This document shows positions 11,492-24,192 of a stretch of DNA of 64,000 nucleotides, one piece after another. The stretch comes from Psilocybe cubensis (lineage: Eukaryota). The number at the start of each line of letters is the position of its first letter. The stretch's first letter is position 1. Both the position numbers and the translations under genes were made by a program. The notes under the pieces are model-generated. The model ran no database searches. It was not told where the DNA came from and saw nothing but the letters and a program-made list of their open reading frames with translations. The DNA lies in the NCBI GenBank assembly GCA_017499595.2, contig CM039004.1, forward strand, positions 2,790,001 through 2,854,000, in the 5' to 3' direction.

Positions 11492-14190
11492 TCACCGCTC
11501 TTGGTCCAGAATCTCCTGTGCCTCAACACACTCGCTCGGATCTCTAAATATCCTCAGTGGTATATGACTCGGCATCTGCGTCCTCGCTCTATACACTCTC
11601 ATCTGGAGATCGTTCCTCTTCTTCTCTGCTTCCGAGATCGAGCTTATCCGTTTTCCAGTGGTATTTGAGCTCCCAGACGACGTCGACGAGCCAGTACGCT
11701 GCGAGCGGAATGATGCAGCGGCGGAAGCAGGACCCAAACTGCTCATGCTGGATCGAATGGACGGTGGCGGTGTCGCTTTGGGCGGCTGGTCCACAAATTT
11801 ACCCGGGGACTGCATCACATCCTGTGGCTCTCTACTAGAATTATTTGGTGAATTCACATAAATCGCAGGTCCTGTGACTGCAGACAGACGCGGTGGGGTG
11901 ACTGCGTCACCGCTTCTCATAGACTCCGGTTCGGCGGTTAGTGCACCAACGCCTAAATATGACTGATCTCTTGCTTTAGCCAGCGCTTTGTCGTCAACAC
12001 TAGCAGACGTTGATGGTTGTCGACCACTATCAAATCCAAAAGTGTTCGGTCGTGGGGTTTCGTTGGCATCGCCCGTCCGAACATTGGGGGTAGAGCTTCC
12101 AGAATTAGAGGAGAAGAAACTGCTATACTTTGAGTATGATGATATTGATGGAGAAAAAGAACCATTCGTCATGCCGCTTTCGCTCCTTGAAACAAGTGGC
12201 CTCTCTATTGGCCTCGTACCCGCAGCACCCATAGCTTTCCAGCCAGTTGGGTCCTCAAGAGCCGGAGGACCGCCAAATGTGTTTGCATCGGCATCGCGTA
12301 CGAACACAGCTAGGATGCGATCAGGCCGTTCTCGTGCAATACTGTTTACGTGTGTGTCAGTGCTCAGTTTCTCGTACGCAAGGGTTTGTTGGTTACATAC
12401 TCGGCGTATAATTCCAAATCTTGTTCACCGGAGTCTCCAATCAAGAAGAATCGCGAATCAGGGAAAGAGTCCAGAATGTCGACAATTCCCGCACGTTTGC
12501 GTGCTGCTGGTGCCGAAAGAAGGCCAGTAAACAGCGAGCGACCCGCGTAGGATTTTAGTTTAATTGAACCTAGAGATAGAAGTATCGATAAAGGTATATG
12601 TCCAGACGTAAACTACTAACCAGGGGGTAGTTGCGACACTTCGAAGAATTCATTGAGGACAGGGAGAATCTCAAAAGGACCATTTGACTACAAGTCAAGA
12701 CAGTGGGTTTCAAGGCTAACAAAAAGATCAAGATAAATGCTTACAACGTAATGAAATCGCACACCACGGCTCCACATGGCAGCGTACCACTCTCCCATGC
12801 CAGGGATGACATTGTCTCTTAAATCCTTCACAAAAACATTATGAAAGACCGCCCTTGCACCGGAAAGCACGCCTGAAAACTTGACTGTATCGTCGATGTC
12901 CGAAATCACTCGTATAGGCGAATATGTTACTGGGATCCGCGTCAGCGAAGTCAGTGGAGTAGATGTTGGTGAACTGTCGACCGAAAGCGACGACGAGGAT
13001 GGATTCAATGGCAATAGTTGGGCAACGATCAGTAATTCATGCTCTACCTCAGCCTCACCAAACGCGATGTGTAGGGCGCGTGGGTGATGACATAAGTCCT
13101 CCCAAGGAATATTGAATTTAACCTGAAAGCTCCCATCAACACCAGTCATCACGTCCTGTGACGCAAGAGGCCCATTTTGAGCATCTGTCGCCAACTCGTC
13201 AACATCATCAGTGTTCCCAGGGCCCACCGACGTCGATGAGCTATCATTGTGGGGCGCAGAGAAAAGGTGGAGTCGAACGACGCGGTTGGGAAGCGTAGAG
13301 GACCAAAACGGTTGCAAACGTCGCTCGAGATTGGCGTGCAATCGCTTGATAACGTCTGCAGTATTCTCCGCCACAGAGTTCACGACGCTGTCAGCTGTCT
13401 CTCGTCCCGTGGAAGGTAAGTCATTGGTTGAGGACGAGGCGGAAGAAGAAGACGAAAGTGACGCCGAGTCGTCTTTAAGCGGGTCGTCTGTCGTTTTGGC
13501 GAGTCTAAGCTGGCGCTCCAGGGCGTCAATATCATAATCGTCTGCGATATCCGTAGGGCGGGGTGGAAGTTTAACTTGGGCAAGCAATGCTTCTGTGGAC
13601 GGGGTTAACTGCGCGAAAGATGAGGAATTCGGGCGGACATCCGCAGCGCTGTCCACAATTTTTGGCAATGAAGCAAATCCTGGCGTAGTTGTGTTCAGTA
13701 AAACTCTAGCAGCAATATTAGAATGCACACCTTTAGCCAATCGAATAAATGCGCGTTGAGAACGGCTAGCGTTCTCAGGGGATCTATAGCTAATAGCGTA
13801 TCCTGATACGAAAACCTCCAGTTCGAATGGTCGAGGTCCCCTACCTGTATTGATATTGAATTGAGCGCCAAAACTAGTCGGAGCTGACGCACCGTATTCA
13901 TCTTGTTGAGATGCATACCGCCTGGCCGCCCAACCAGGAAAGATGTTGATTAATTCATTACTCTCCGTGGCATCATACTGCCCCCTCCTTCGAACCCTGA
14001 TCTTTTGGCCTGCCCAAGCCCTCCAACTCTGTCTGGGCTCGTCGCGCGGGGCTTGCGATGCATTTGGCGTGGTTCTCCCTGATCTCCAGCCCGCGCCCGG
14101 CTCGCGACCAGAGAGATAACCTTTGAAGGATGATATGCGGTTTCCTGCCGACGTCAAATATCTCCAGGATGAGGGCATATCTTCAGACAT
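11492..14190 (-). CDS. APP1: App1-like phosphatidate phosphatase (DUF2183), spliced
   Basis: IRVISDIDDTVK HAD-like DxDxT motif, IPGMGEWY and GVRFHYVSNGPFE typical of the App1 family; long Ser-rich C-terminal tail. Confidence 0.8.
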
Positions 14191-14568
14191 GGTGGAAGTC
14201 AGTGGCAGAGAGCAACATTGGGTTATTTTTGGCTGCTGACCTCGTTTCTTGGATGAAACGCCTGCGACGCGCCGTTCTTGATCACGATAATCTGTCTTGA
14301 GCTATACTGAGTTGTGCGAGCACACAAGACGCCATAGCAGTTGTTTTGCAGGCAAGGTTCGTTAGAATGCCATAACAAGGGCTTTCGTCACTGTCGGCGG
14401 TAACGGTGACCAATCAGGGGGGTCGTCACTTCAGGCTCCGCATCAAAAAAAGTTTCTTCCACCAACGCCCACGTTGCGGCACATGTACGTCCAACTGTAT
14501 GCCTTTCTGTGAATGCTGGAATTGCTCAACGTCGATACAGGTTAACCTGCCAAATCCAGTGATTGCAC

Positions 14569-15769
14569 ATGAATCAATGCATTCGACGCCTGCTCTCAAA
14601 CTCGTTTAAACCATGGTCTAACCGACGCGCCGTGTCCACGATAGCTGCGACAGTGGAGGAGGAAGAAAAGTGGTTAGAGTTGGAAAGGAAGAAATTACAC
14701 CGCAAATACAGCTTAAGGATCCCGCCCCCCGCTAGAGTCGGTACTAGCTTTCTGCCTGCGTTTCCCCTCCCTCCCAGACGACCCGTCCGTGGTGTAGACA
14801 AAACGACGTTGGACGAACTCTATGAAACGTTGGCATTTCTTCTTCGAAACCATGCTGCCAGAGATTATGGATTATCCACGAGGCCGGATGGTTATTTATC
14901 AGTATCCAAATTGGTGAGCTCGTCAACTTTTTATAGTAAAGGCACAAGCTTATGTGGTTACAGTTGAACTACCCGATATTCCGTGGTGTAGACTTCTTCA
15001 AGCTTCACGACCTTGCGAACCGGGGGAGAAAATATCACATACATATTATATATGACCCCACAAAGATAGATGGCCCATGGTGGATACGTTGTCAGAAATT
15101 TCAGGTAAACATGCCTGATTAATCTGTTAATCTTGTGCTAAACCTCTGCTCAGGAGGAACATTTTGTGTATCGGCCAGCTCTTCTCTCAAACGCCAATGG
15201 GGTCGCTGTGTATAGAACCTCCCTTCAACTTTGGGACTCCTATATATGTAAGCAGTATCCACTACCTCGATTCTGTTCTGACCTTTAATTCAGCGCGTAC
15301 CGGGATAGCAAGGCATAATGACGAATGGATCCGTCTGGATCCCTACGTACCGAACAAAAGCTATATAGACAGTCTCGAAGACGAGGACGAAGTCTTCATT
15401 TTCCTCGATATCCACGACTGTCTTTTGCATGGCCTTCGGTTTTTCTACGAACTGCACACTTCCCAGAAACGAAACGCCACTACACCGCTAATGACCAAAG
15501 GCGATCTCTTTGGTAACATTCCTCCTTCCATGTTCTCGCGTGTGCTGTTCGTTCAGGCCACGAAGAAACATGCTTGGGGATTAGACCCATTGGCTGCACA
15601 GAAATCATGGACGGTTGAGCCTGACGATCTCGACGAGTACGGTATGCGTAAAACATTCCTCCCTGCTCCACCTAGGCCTTTGCACGCCTTTGTCGATTTC
15701 CGTGGCGCGGTCAGGCCACCACATCCTGAAACCATCCAGGAGGCTACGAGTGCTGTTAATACTACTTGA
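14569..15769 (+). CDS. Divergent tRNA 2'-phosphotransferase (Tpt1/KptA)-like protein, about 4 exons
   Basis: LAFLLRNHAARDYGLSTRPDGYLSVSKL resembles the Tpt1 N-terminal LSxLLRH...G+xMRxDGY+xV; WWIR; VFIFLDIHDCLLHGLRFF...TKGDLFGNIPPSMFSRV resembles the Tpt1 C-terminus. Catalytic motifs are altered. Confidence 0.7.
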
Positions 15770-16536
15770 ATGTACGAAACCTTTTTTATAAATCGGATAA
15801 TACTTTAAACACGAAGTAAAAACGACAAATTTTTCTTGTCGTATCAGATCTTGACTGGAATTCCACAATATATATAGGTATATTGACACCGCTAGAAGAC
15901 GATCGAGCAGACGTCTTTTGTGCTCCGCATAGGAAAGCATTGACACTCGAGGCTCGAGGTGTTTGTATGGACGAGTGGTTTAATGAATTTAAGGGATGTT
16001 ATTCAACCCCCACACCTTGATCAGCTCTAACAAACGCTGGCTCTTCGTCGCTCCTCCATCTCCTCCATCTCCACCTCCGCCCTATACCATCCAAAACATA
16101 CTGCTGCTCTCGTAGCCAACACAACGTGCAGCACCTGTTATCTTGTTGCATCATATTACAGACAGTGACTACATACTGCTTTTTACCACCCCCATATAGC
16201 AAGCAGTGCACTCCGTTATAGTTGCCACATATATGATCATGTAGATGGCATTCGCAAGGTCAGGTTAAAGAGAGCCTGCTGAAGGTGCCATTTACGCATT
16301 TATGGCCAATGACTTCTCACAATCACGCCGACTTGGACTCATCACGGCACGAATTCGCAGTCCCACACTCCACCACTTCCTCTTGCCTTCCCCACCACTC
16401 CGCCTTAACTCAGGATCCTTCAACTTGAATTCATTATATGACCCTACGCCTCAGGTTCTGTGAAGCCCTCTGCAGGCGCTCTTGTGGATCCGGAACTAAG
16501 GTTTAGAATCCAAGTCTATTGCATGCCACGGACTTG

Positions 16537-18172
16537 ATGGATTCATTTATGTCATGTCAAACACAACCAACTACATCTCCACTATACCGTATATCTGATG
16601 ATATCCTATGGTTAATTTCCATGACCAATACTGAATATGATCTCACGAAATCGTCGGAACCACTTCCTCTCGACACTGCACGCATAAGCTCTCAAGTATG
16701 TCGCCGGTGGAGATCTGTTCTGCTTGGAACATCCTCACTGTGGGGACGACTCATAGACTGGCGCTCTCTTAACCAAAAATCCCACAACTGGCGAGATCTA
16801 GTTCTAGAAAGGAGTGGCAGGTCCCAGCTTTGGATTTTATGCCCCGAGTCGATGGAATGCAGCAAATGTCCAGAGCCCGGGTACTGTGGTGAGGTTAGCA
16901 ACATCTTCGAAGAGTCTGCAGAATCGCATCGATTTGTGTGGTTTCAAAATCTGATCATACAGAACTGGGAAAGAATTGAGAAAATTGCATTTCTCGGTGA
17001 TTACGGATGCCTCCGCTTCAACTTCCATGCTCTGCTATCACGTAGCGCACCCAAGCTGCAATCAATCTCTTCCTTCCTTACATATGGATAATCATCAAGG
17101 CGAAATCTTTTCCAATTATGCCCCTCGACTACACGAGTTCAAGTCAATGTCCAAACATTGCAATCTAAATATCGCTTGGGTGTCGAACTTGCGCTCTCTA
17201 TCTCTAGGAGGAAATTTCAATAATAAAGAAATATGCGAGGCTCTGAGCCACGTGCCATATCTGAACTCACTTACACTCCAACAACATAAACTTGTTGACG
17301 ACTATCACCCTCCACTAATAAATTTGCCCTGTCTGCGCACATTAATTCTCGATATCTGCTTAATTTATCTTCGAGACATCATTATCCCCCCTTCGACCAC
17401 ATTGTATCTGTCAGGGATAATGAACAATGGCCAGGAATCTTATGAAAATCACATCGCTTCGAAACTTCACAGTCGGTTTGCCATAATACCACCAAAGTCA
17501 ATTTTTCTGTTTCTCGCTATCTCAAAGTTAAGACTTCGAGATGGCATGGCGAGGTTCCTTCGTCCGGATCCATCCACACAGTCTTTTTGTCTCCTAACCA
17601 GATCATTCCAATCACGGGGCACTGAGGTACATATAGTAAACTGGATAAATGCTCTGTCGTCTCCATATTGCTCGACTGTCACTGTCCTGGAACTCTCCAT
17701 GCACTATATCAACTATTGGTCTATGTCTCAAAAAATATGCCACACATTCAATCGATTGCTTTCACATTTCTCTTCAGTAAACACTCTGAAAATGCGGGAG
17801 CAAGATATCTTCATCCTAATAAAATGCATAGACGCTGCAAATAAATCCGGCTCGGAGGCACCATTATTTCCAATGCTGCGTGATCTTACGGTATCAACAC
17901 TGGATTCCCGCAGACCAAATGGGTGCAACTGTGTATATCATCCCGGACCTGCTTCGGGTTCTATCGAACAATTTCTCAAGTTGAGAAATAATCAAGGCAT
18001 ACCTAATATTCAGATCCTATCCTTGGACCGCACCTATCCTGGCAGCCTAGACCCATCTGATCGTGGTATGCGAAGTCTGGATCCTGCTCTGGATGAACTT
18101 GCGGGAATGAAAGTTGTTTGGAAGTTTGAGGACTGTATAGTGGAATATGAATGTGGAAGTGGATTTGAGTGA
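16537..18172 (+). pseudogene. F-box-like / LRR protein copy 2, frameshifted and C-terminally truncated
   Basis: Near-identical 5' half to 5091-6794 in inverted orientation; 2-bp CT deletion at ~17066-17070 (atctcttcc vs atctctcttcc) splits the ORF; stops at GSGFE whereas copy 1 continues GSGFPERLKYDEIYRHC. Confidence 0.8.
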
Positions 18173-18320
18173 GATGCCTAAATCTGCCCACCCAATGCTT
18201 ATACACTACTCCCTGATTGACATTTAGCAGGCATGTAGGCGCTGTACTCAATTATATTTGTCAAATTTGTAATGCCAGTCAAGTTGTCCTTCTAGTCTAT
18301 ATTGTACGGATAATTCTATT

Positions 18321-20707
18321 TTACTTTTCAATATCACCCTTCATACCATTAGGATTTTTTTGCTCTAGCAGAGTTTTGTCCTCCCCATGCAATTTCCCAA
18401 GGAGTTTGCTCCGTGCCAATATTCTTGGCCCAAAGAAGTACAAAACCTACGCAGTACGATCAACACAACGTCATGCTATGACGATCTATAGATAGCGTCT
18501 GGGAACTTACAATTGGAATCGGGCTCATGACTGTGCCTGCCAGTGCAAACATTGTATTAGCCCATCTGTATCCCATAGCCCGAAACATCCTCTCAGCAAA
18601 TAACGGGAACGCCGTAGCTGTCAGGTTACCTGGCAGAAAATATTAGCATCGAATCTAACTGACTGCCTGGTCTCGGTGAACTTACGACAAAGACTTTGAC
18701 CTGCTAATGCTGAAGACGCATAGACGCCATAACTGTGACCATTGTGTTAGAAATCGACGGTGACTATTCCGTGCATATCGTTCGAATGCCTACCAGTCTG
18801 CGATGTATGTGAATATCGTCATGTATATCGTGGAGACTGCCCATAAGTAAATCTATGTAGAGAAAGTCAGCAATCTCCATGCTTTCAAGAAAAATCTGCA
18901 TACTGTCAGTGCAACAACGAGGACAGGCCATGGGACTGATGATGTTGCTGACCAGGCGAACATGAACATTGAGATGGGAAACAAGAATCCCGCCACGCAG
19001 GCCAAGTGAAGTCGCGCTTGAGCGCCTCGAGTGGAAACATATTTTCTAAGTCAAGTCGAAGTCAATTGAGGACTGTCCGTTTCTTGTGAGACTTATATCT
19101 TACCTATACAGTCGTTCTTGGTATCTGTTAGTCAAGAATCCCAGAAATCCTCCAACACTATGATCAGTCTGTTAGTTATTTGTTTCGTTGGAGGTGAATG
19201 ACTCACGCCATCGTCATGTACACAGTCCCCACTTGGCCTTGGTTGAAACCGTGTAAGCTTCTGAATACCCCTGGAATGGACCTAGATATTTTAATTTGAT
19301 TCTATCTCTCGAGAGTTAATGTGACAGTAGTGTACTCAATCATGCAAAAGTATACCCCCCAAGCAATTCCTATCCATATCTAGAGCATCCAAAAAATGTT
19401 AATGAATGAAGTGAACGAATTTGGAAATACGAGTCTTGCTTACACTAACGGCAGTAACGATTGGTTCGAAAAGTAACATCGCTACACAACAACGATTAAC
19501 AAGGGCATTATCATTCTGGGTTTGAATGAAGTACAACACTCACAGATTGGCCGCGTAGAAGACATATATATCCTTTTTGCCAGCCCTATTTTAGCCGTTG
19601 ACAAGACACTGTAATATCGGTTGTCCCCAGAAGATGCTCTGAGTTTCCGTGCCGTCTTTTCAAGGATTACTGAAGGACGTGTTTCATCTATAGTCAAAAT
19701 CATCACGACAAAATAAACGCCCGCTATGCTATGAAAACCAAACTAAGCATAAGTGGGGAGGGTAATACGACATTAAACGAGATAACATACATCAGGTGTA
19801 TCCATTGAATCCATCTCCATTGGAGTCGATGGTTTTGCTCTACCCAGCCACCAAAAACTGCTCCAACGCCGTTTCCTACGAAAGCAAATAAAGTGTACAA
19901 GGCCATCGGTAGTCCTATCCTATCCATATATGTCAATAATAGACCCTCTTCAAATGATCTTGATTGACACTCACTCCGCTGGACTCCATAAATCTGCAAC
20001 CGTGCCTGCAACCATTGTTGACCCGGTAGACCCAAATGCGCCCTGTAAAAATCTAGCTATAATGACTGTTTGAACGTTATGCGACCTTGAAATCTACCCA
20101 TTAAATCCCTCTCTACCTACGACCATGATTAGAACTTTTGGAGACGTACAAGGCTACCATAACATGCATCATCAAAAATCCCAAGAAGGAAACATAGTAG
20201 AGAGGCAATCTGCCAAAGTCTTCGCTGAGAGAAGATGTGACGAGGGGCACGATGCCGAACCCAAGACAGTACAGACTTAGTCCCACAGTAGCCTGGAACT
20301 GAGTGCAATTGAGATCGTGCATCATGGAGGGCGCACCCATGCTGAAGGAGGTGGCCGCGGTAGCTATATTAGAATGTAAGTTCAGAATGGGCTTAAGGCT
20401 CCGCAGTAATGCGAAAATGAAGCTCACAGACGAGAAAGGTGAAGAAAGAGGTAACAATGGTAATTAACCATTTCTTCGAGTAAGAAAAGTATATAGGGTT
20501 ACGCTCATCAAGGGGTTCAAAAGACACCTTTTAACAAAACAGAAAATACGAAATGTCAATTGATAAATCCCAACCAGCAGAAGAACAATGGATACGAACA
20601 GCAAAAAGTGCATCTTTATCTGAAGAAGGTAGACGAGAGTTTAACCCAAGTCCTGACGACGATGGCGTGCAAGATCCTGAAGGCGTCGCGGTGTGATCAA
20701 TTGTCAT
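18321..20707 (-). CDS. Second DHA1-type MFS transporter, multi-exon
   Basis: FEPLDERNPIYF, QATVGLSLYCLGFGIVPLVTSSLSEDFGRLPLY, GSTGSTMVAGTVADLW, RGAQARL, YGVYASSALAGQSL and VLYFFGPRILARSK; exon layout parallels the 7621-10099 gene. Confidence 0.88.
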
Positions 20708-22885
20708 TTTTTGGAGATCGATAGGATACGACGTCCTGTCCAAAGGTGCAGGCTACGGACCGAAAACGTTTCTTTGTCTTGCTTCTGCCATTTTATACTT
20801 TGGGCCAGGTGGTTGCTCCACTGAGAATAATTGTACATCGAGGATTCGGATTTAGGAGATGGATTAGTAAGATACTTTTCGCATAGTTATGCCGGAAGAC
20901 ATATGGGAAAGCGATGAATGAGTCAAAACTCGGAATTGTGCCGGAAGGGTCGAAATAGTTGGCCACCAATCATATATAGATCCCAAGCCTTCCTGTGGGC
21001 AGACATGGACGAGACACGGCCCGTGTATACATGATGAAGGAGGTCCGCCCGTACACGAGTCCCAGTGACTATCTTTGTGAGCGACTGATCAACGTAAATA
21101 AAGCCATTGGCAGTGCGGGCCTTGCGGACTGTGTCAAATTAGAGTCTGCACTCGGTCGATAAAATCCGAAAAAATCAGGGTCTTGAACGCTAGAAGCAGC
21201 CTTCACCGTCGTCTTTCATATACCTTTAACTAAGAGGATGGTATTATTTGAAAAAAGGGAAATGAGAACGAAGCTTTACTGACCTTCCGGTCCATTATTG
21301 TGCCAGTACAAGGTAATGAGCAAAACGCGAGATGGACTTTAGCATGCCTAAATCCGAGATGTATTTGTCAGACCACTGTGTCAGTTTTGCCAGTGTAAAA
21401 ATGGTGAGTTTCAAAGGGGGAGAGGTAAGAGCCATTTCAGACTCCTTGGGTAATCTAGAGAGACCTTTAAAGCAAGAATGACAAGTTCCCTGAGACTGCC
21501 TCAGATTTTACGCGCCCCCCTGGCAGAGTGTATATTTTGCTACTTGATGAATCCTGAGAACTCAGAAAACTGATGACCTTCGATGACCTTGAAGTGCACA
21601 TTTGTCGTTGACAGTGAGTGTACAGAACCATTCAACGGAATCAACAGGGCTACAAACGGACATTGAAATGTCTGGCACGTACTACTAAACAGTGGACATT
21701 GACTCACTGGCAACCTGAACAGTTAGAGCTAGTGAGATATTGAAGCCTGAAAAAACTCCTTCCAATTGCATTCCAAGGAGTGAAGTGTGAAGAACTGTGT
21801 ATTTTCGACGTCTATGCCGCTCCTTTGTGGTGGACGTACAAGCCAAGTGGCAAGAGCAAGAATTTCTGATGATCGAGATGAGCCGACGCGATACCGCCTG
21901 CCCTGAACTCATCACGTGGATAGGCCAGACTTTAGGACACGCTGCACACCCGCGTCGTTGCCCCTATTCCAGCTAGATGCAAACTGACAAACGTGATATA
22001 GTCTCGGACGAAAGGTCCTAAGGCCCACAGAAATTCCGCAAATATTTGCGTCGAAAGTCCGTCCAGCAGGATAATGCTGCATCGATGTTGGCAAAAATAC
22101 AACAATGTACAAACAATGTACGGTGTGCCAGGATTAAGAGTATCAACCAGGAATAAATCTAGTTTCTCTGACGTTACCTATTCGTTGTGAGACTTTCGGA
22201 ACTTGTTGGAGTCGATCATTCACAGCAGGTACGGAAACCAGCCAGCTTACACTTGATCAGATAACAAGATCTAGTACTATCAAGAGGAAATTACCTTCAA
22301 GACCGGCAAACATGTCTCACGGTATGCAGAATAAAATCGTTTCAGAGTTCCTTTCTCCTTCAAAGTTGCTTTGCCTTGGGCGTCCGGTAAGAAATGCACC
22401 AATCTACTTGAAGACTAAACAGTAGGTTTTCCCTCAGTGAACCTCCCGTGTAATTGAAGGGTGCAAGGTGACACTCAATTACCTCAGCTACTACAACCCC
22501 TTCGGCAAACCTCTGGGTGTACCCGTACAGGTATTCAATGTCAACACTGTCATTTAAATCTCCAACCTTTGGCAACATATTATTCACTGCTCCGAAGACA
22601 ATGAACCAGGCTTCGACCTGTGATGCAAACGGCCCGGGAAAATGACTACAAGCTACACCCTTCGAGTCCTCCTCAGGCCTCAATGCTCTATTTATTTATT
22701 TCAACTCGGAGCTGTTTCTTGAGAGAAGAATGTTATACTTTTGAGACTTATCGCTGTTCTTACGGTAGTAATTAACTTGTGTTTCAACTTTCATATTCTA
22801 TTGAGATACAGAGAAATGTAGTGCATTTCTGAAAGGAAAATTGAAGTGCGTTTTTGTACAAATGAGCAACGGTGGTATACCATGG

Positions 22886-24192
22886 CTATACTAATTCTTC
22901 CACTTTCCCTAAAACCTCTGTTGACCGCAGATCCACCGGTATTTCCAACTGATTAACAAATGCTGCAACCCTCCGTACGGGTGCATCATCGATATACCAC
23001 GCCATCAACGCTTCCCGGAGCTTCTGGTTTATATCACCCCTTCTCATTCGCTTCCTAAATGTATCTTTGAGCCTGTTTGATTTTGCGTTTGCCAAACTTG
23101 GAATATATCCTTCCTTTTTCAGCCGTGACATAGCATCTGTCAACTCGCCTTCTTGGAGAGTGAAGATGGCGTCTATTCGGTCCCATGTCTTTTCGATTTT
23201 ATTTAACCAAGGTGCACCACCATAATCATCTGCAATCTTTTCAAGTGAGTTGAGAAAGTTCTCCCTGTGCTTGGCCATAGTGTTAGCAATGTCGTCAGTC
23301 TTGAAATGATGGATCTGTAGTCGGTGTTTACTGTAGATTTCTAGGATCTGAGAGTTTGATGGCGGCATTCGTGGGGAAGAGGAGGGTTTGCCTTTCCATC
23401 CTTCGGCGAGTTCGAAATAACTTTCAAATTTGATTTTTATTCGCTTTGGGTATCTATCGTTTGGAGATGTCCAAAACTTTACAACAAAGCCCTCTTCATT
23501 GTCGTGGTTGAGCTTGCTGAGATGGCTGGGTGCGACTGTGTCAGCAACATGTCTTTTTGGTCTTGAAAAAGAAAGAGCTGTCCAATCAAAATTATGAGGC
23601 GGCTCCTTCCCGTCCTTTGCAACGATGGATAGCAGAACAAGATCTTCCTTGGTGTAGACGACTTTGATGGGCATCTTTGGATCGACGAGTTCAAAGACGT
23701 ATGTACTTTCTTTGTCTAGCCTTTTGAGAGCCCCGGGGTAGCGCGTATCGAGGATGCGCTGAGCTGATTCCGCATGCGGGCTTTGGAAGGACGTACGGCT
23801 AACAAACATCCATTTCCCGCCATACCAGAAAAGGCTGATCAAACTCCCATCCACCTTCTCCTCAATGGCAAAAGCATGCTCATTCCCCGTCGGTTTGTAC
23901 GCGAATTTCTCGTTGTAGTTGAAGAACTTTGGTAAGCTCCTCGATACAACTGTGCCTGTCTGCTTCTCCGTGATAAGTGTCCTGGCAGCCAGAGTAAGGT
24001 CATCCCACTCCTTGAGTAGATAGGTTGCTTTGTTGTTATAATTATGAATAGCGAGAGGAAGAGTGGGGTGCTGTTTCGTTGTGATCAGGGAATAGACTTT
24101 GTTAGATGGCTGCCTTGGGCGTTCAGAGGCGTGGCTTTGCGACCCGGGTCAATAGCCAAAGATCGGAGTGGGGATATGTCGTCTGGTTCCAT
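22886..24192 (-). CDS. Stand-alone T4 Rnl1-type (RNA_lig_T4_1-like) ATP-dependent RNA ligase
   Basis: Reading frame extends upstream of the ORF-track start: HPTLPLAIHNY...WDDLTLAARTLI...VVSRSLPKFFNYNE...IEEKVDGSLI (motif I KxDG), TYVFELV (III), EEGFVVKF (IV), RIKIKFESY (V). ATG at 24192 joins in frame through a putative 47-nt intron 24143-24097 (GTCGCA...CTAACAAAG). Confidence 0.8.

Noticed and set aside
21000-22800. Short ORFs in the gene-poor stretch beside the RNA ligase
   Set aside because: No consistent exon chain or recognisable motif; I could not find a partner kinase or phosphatase gene here.
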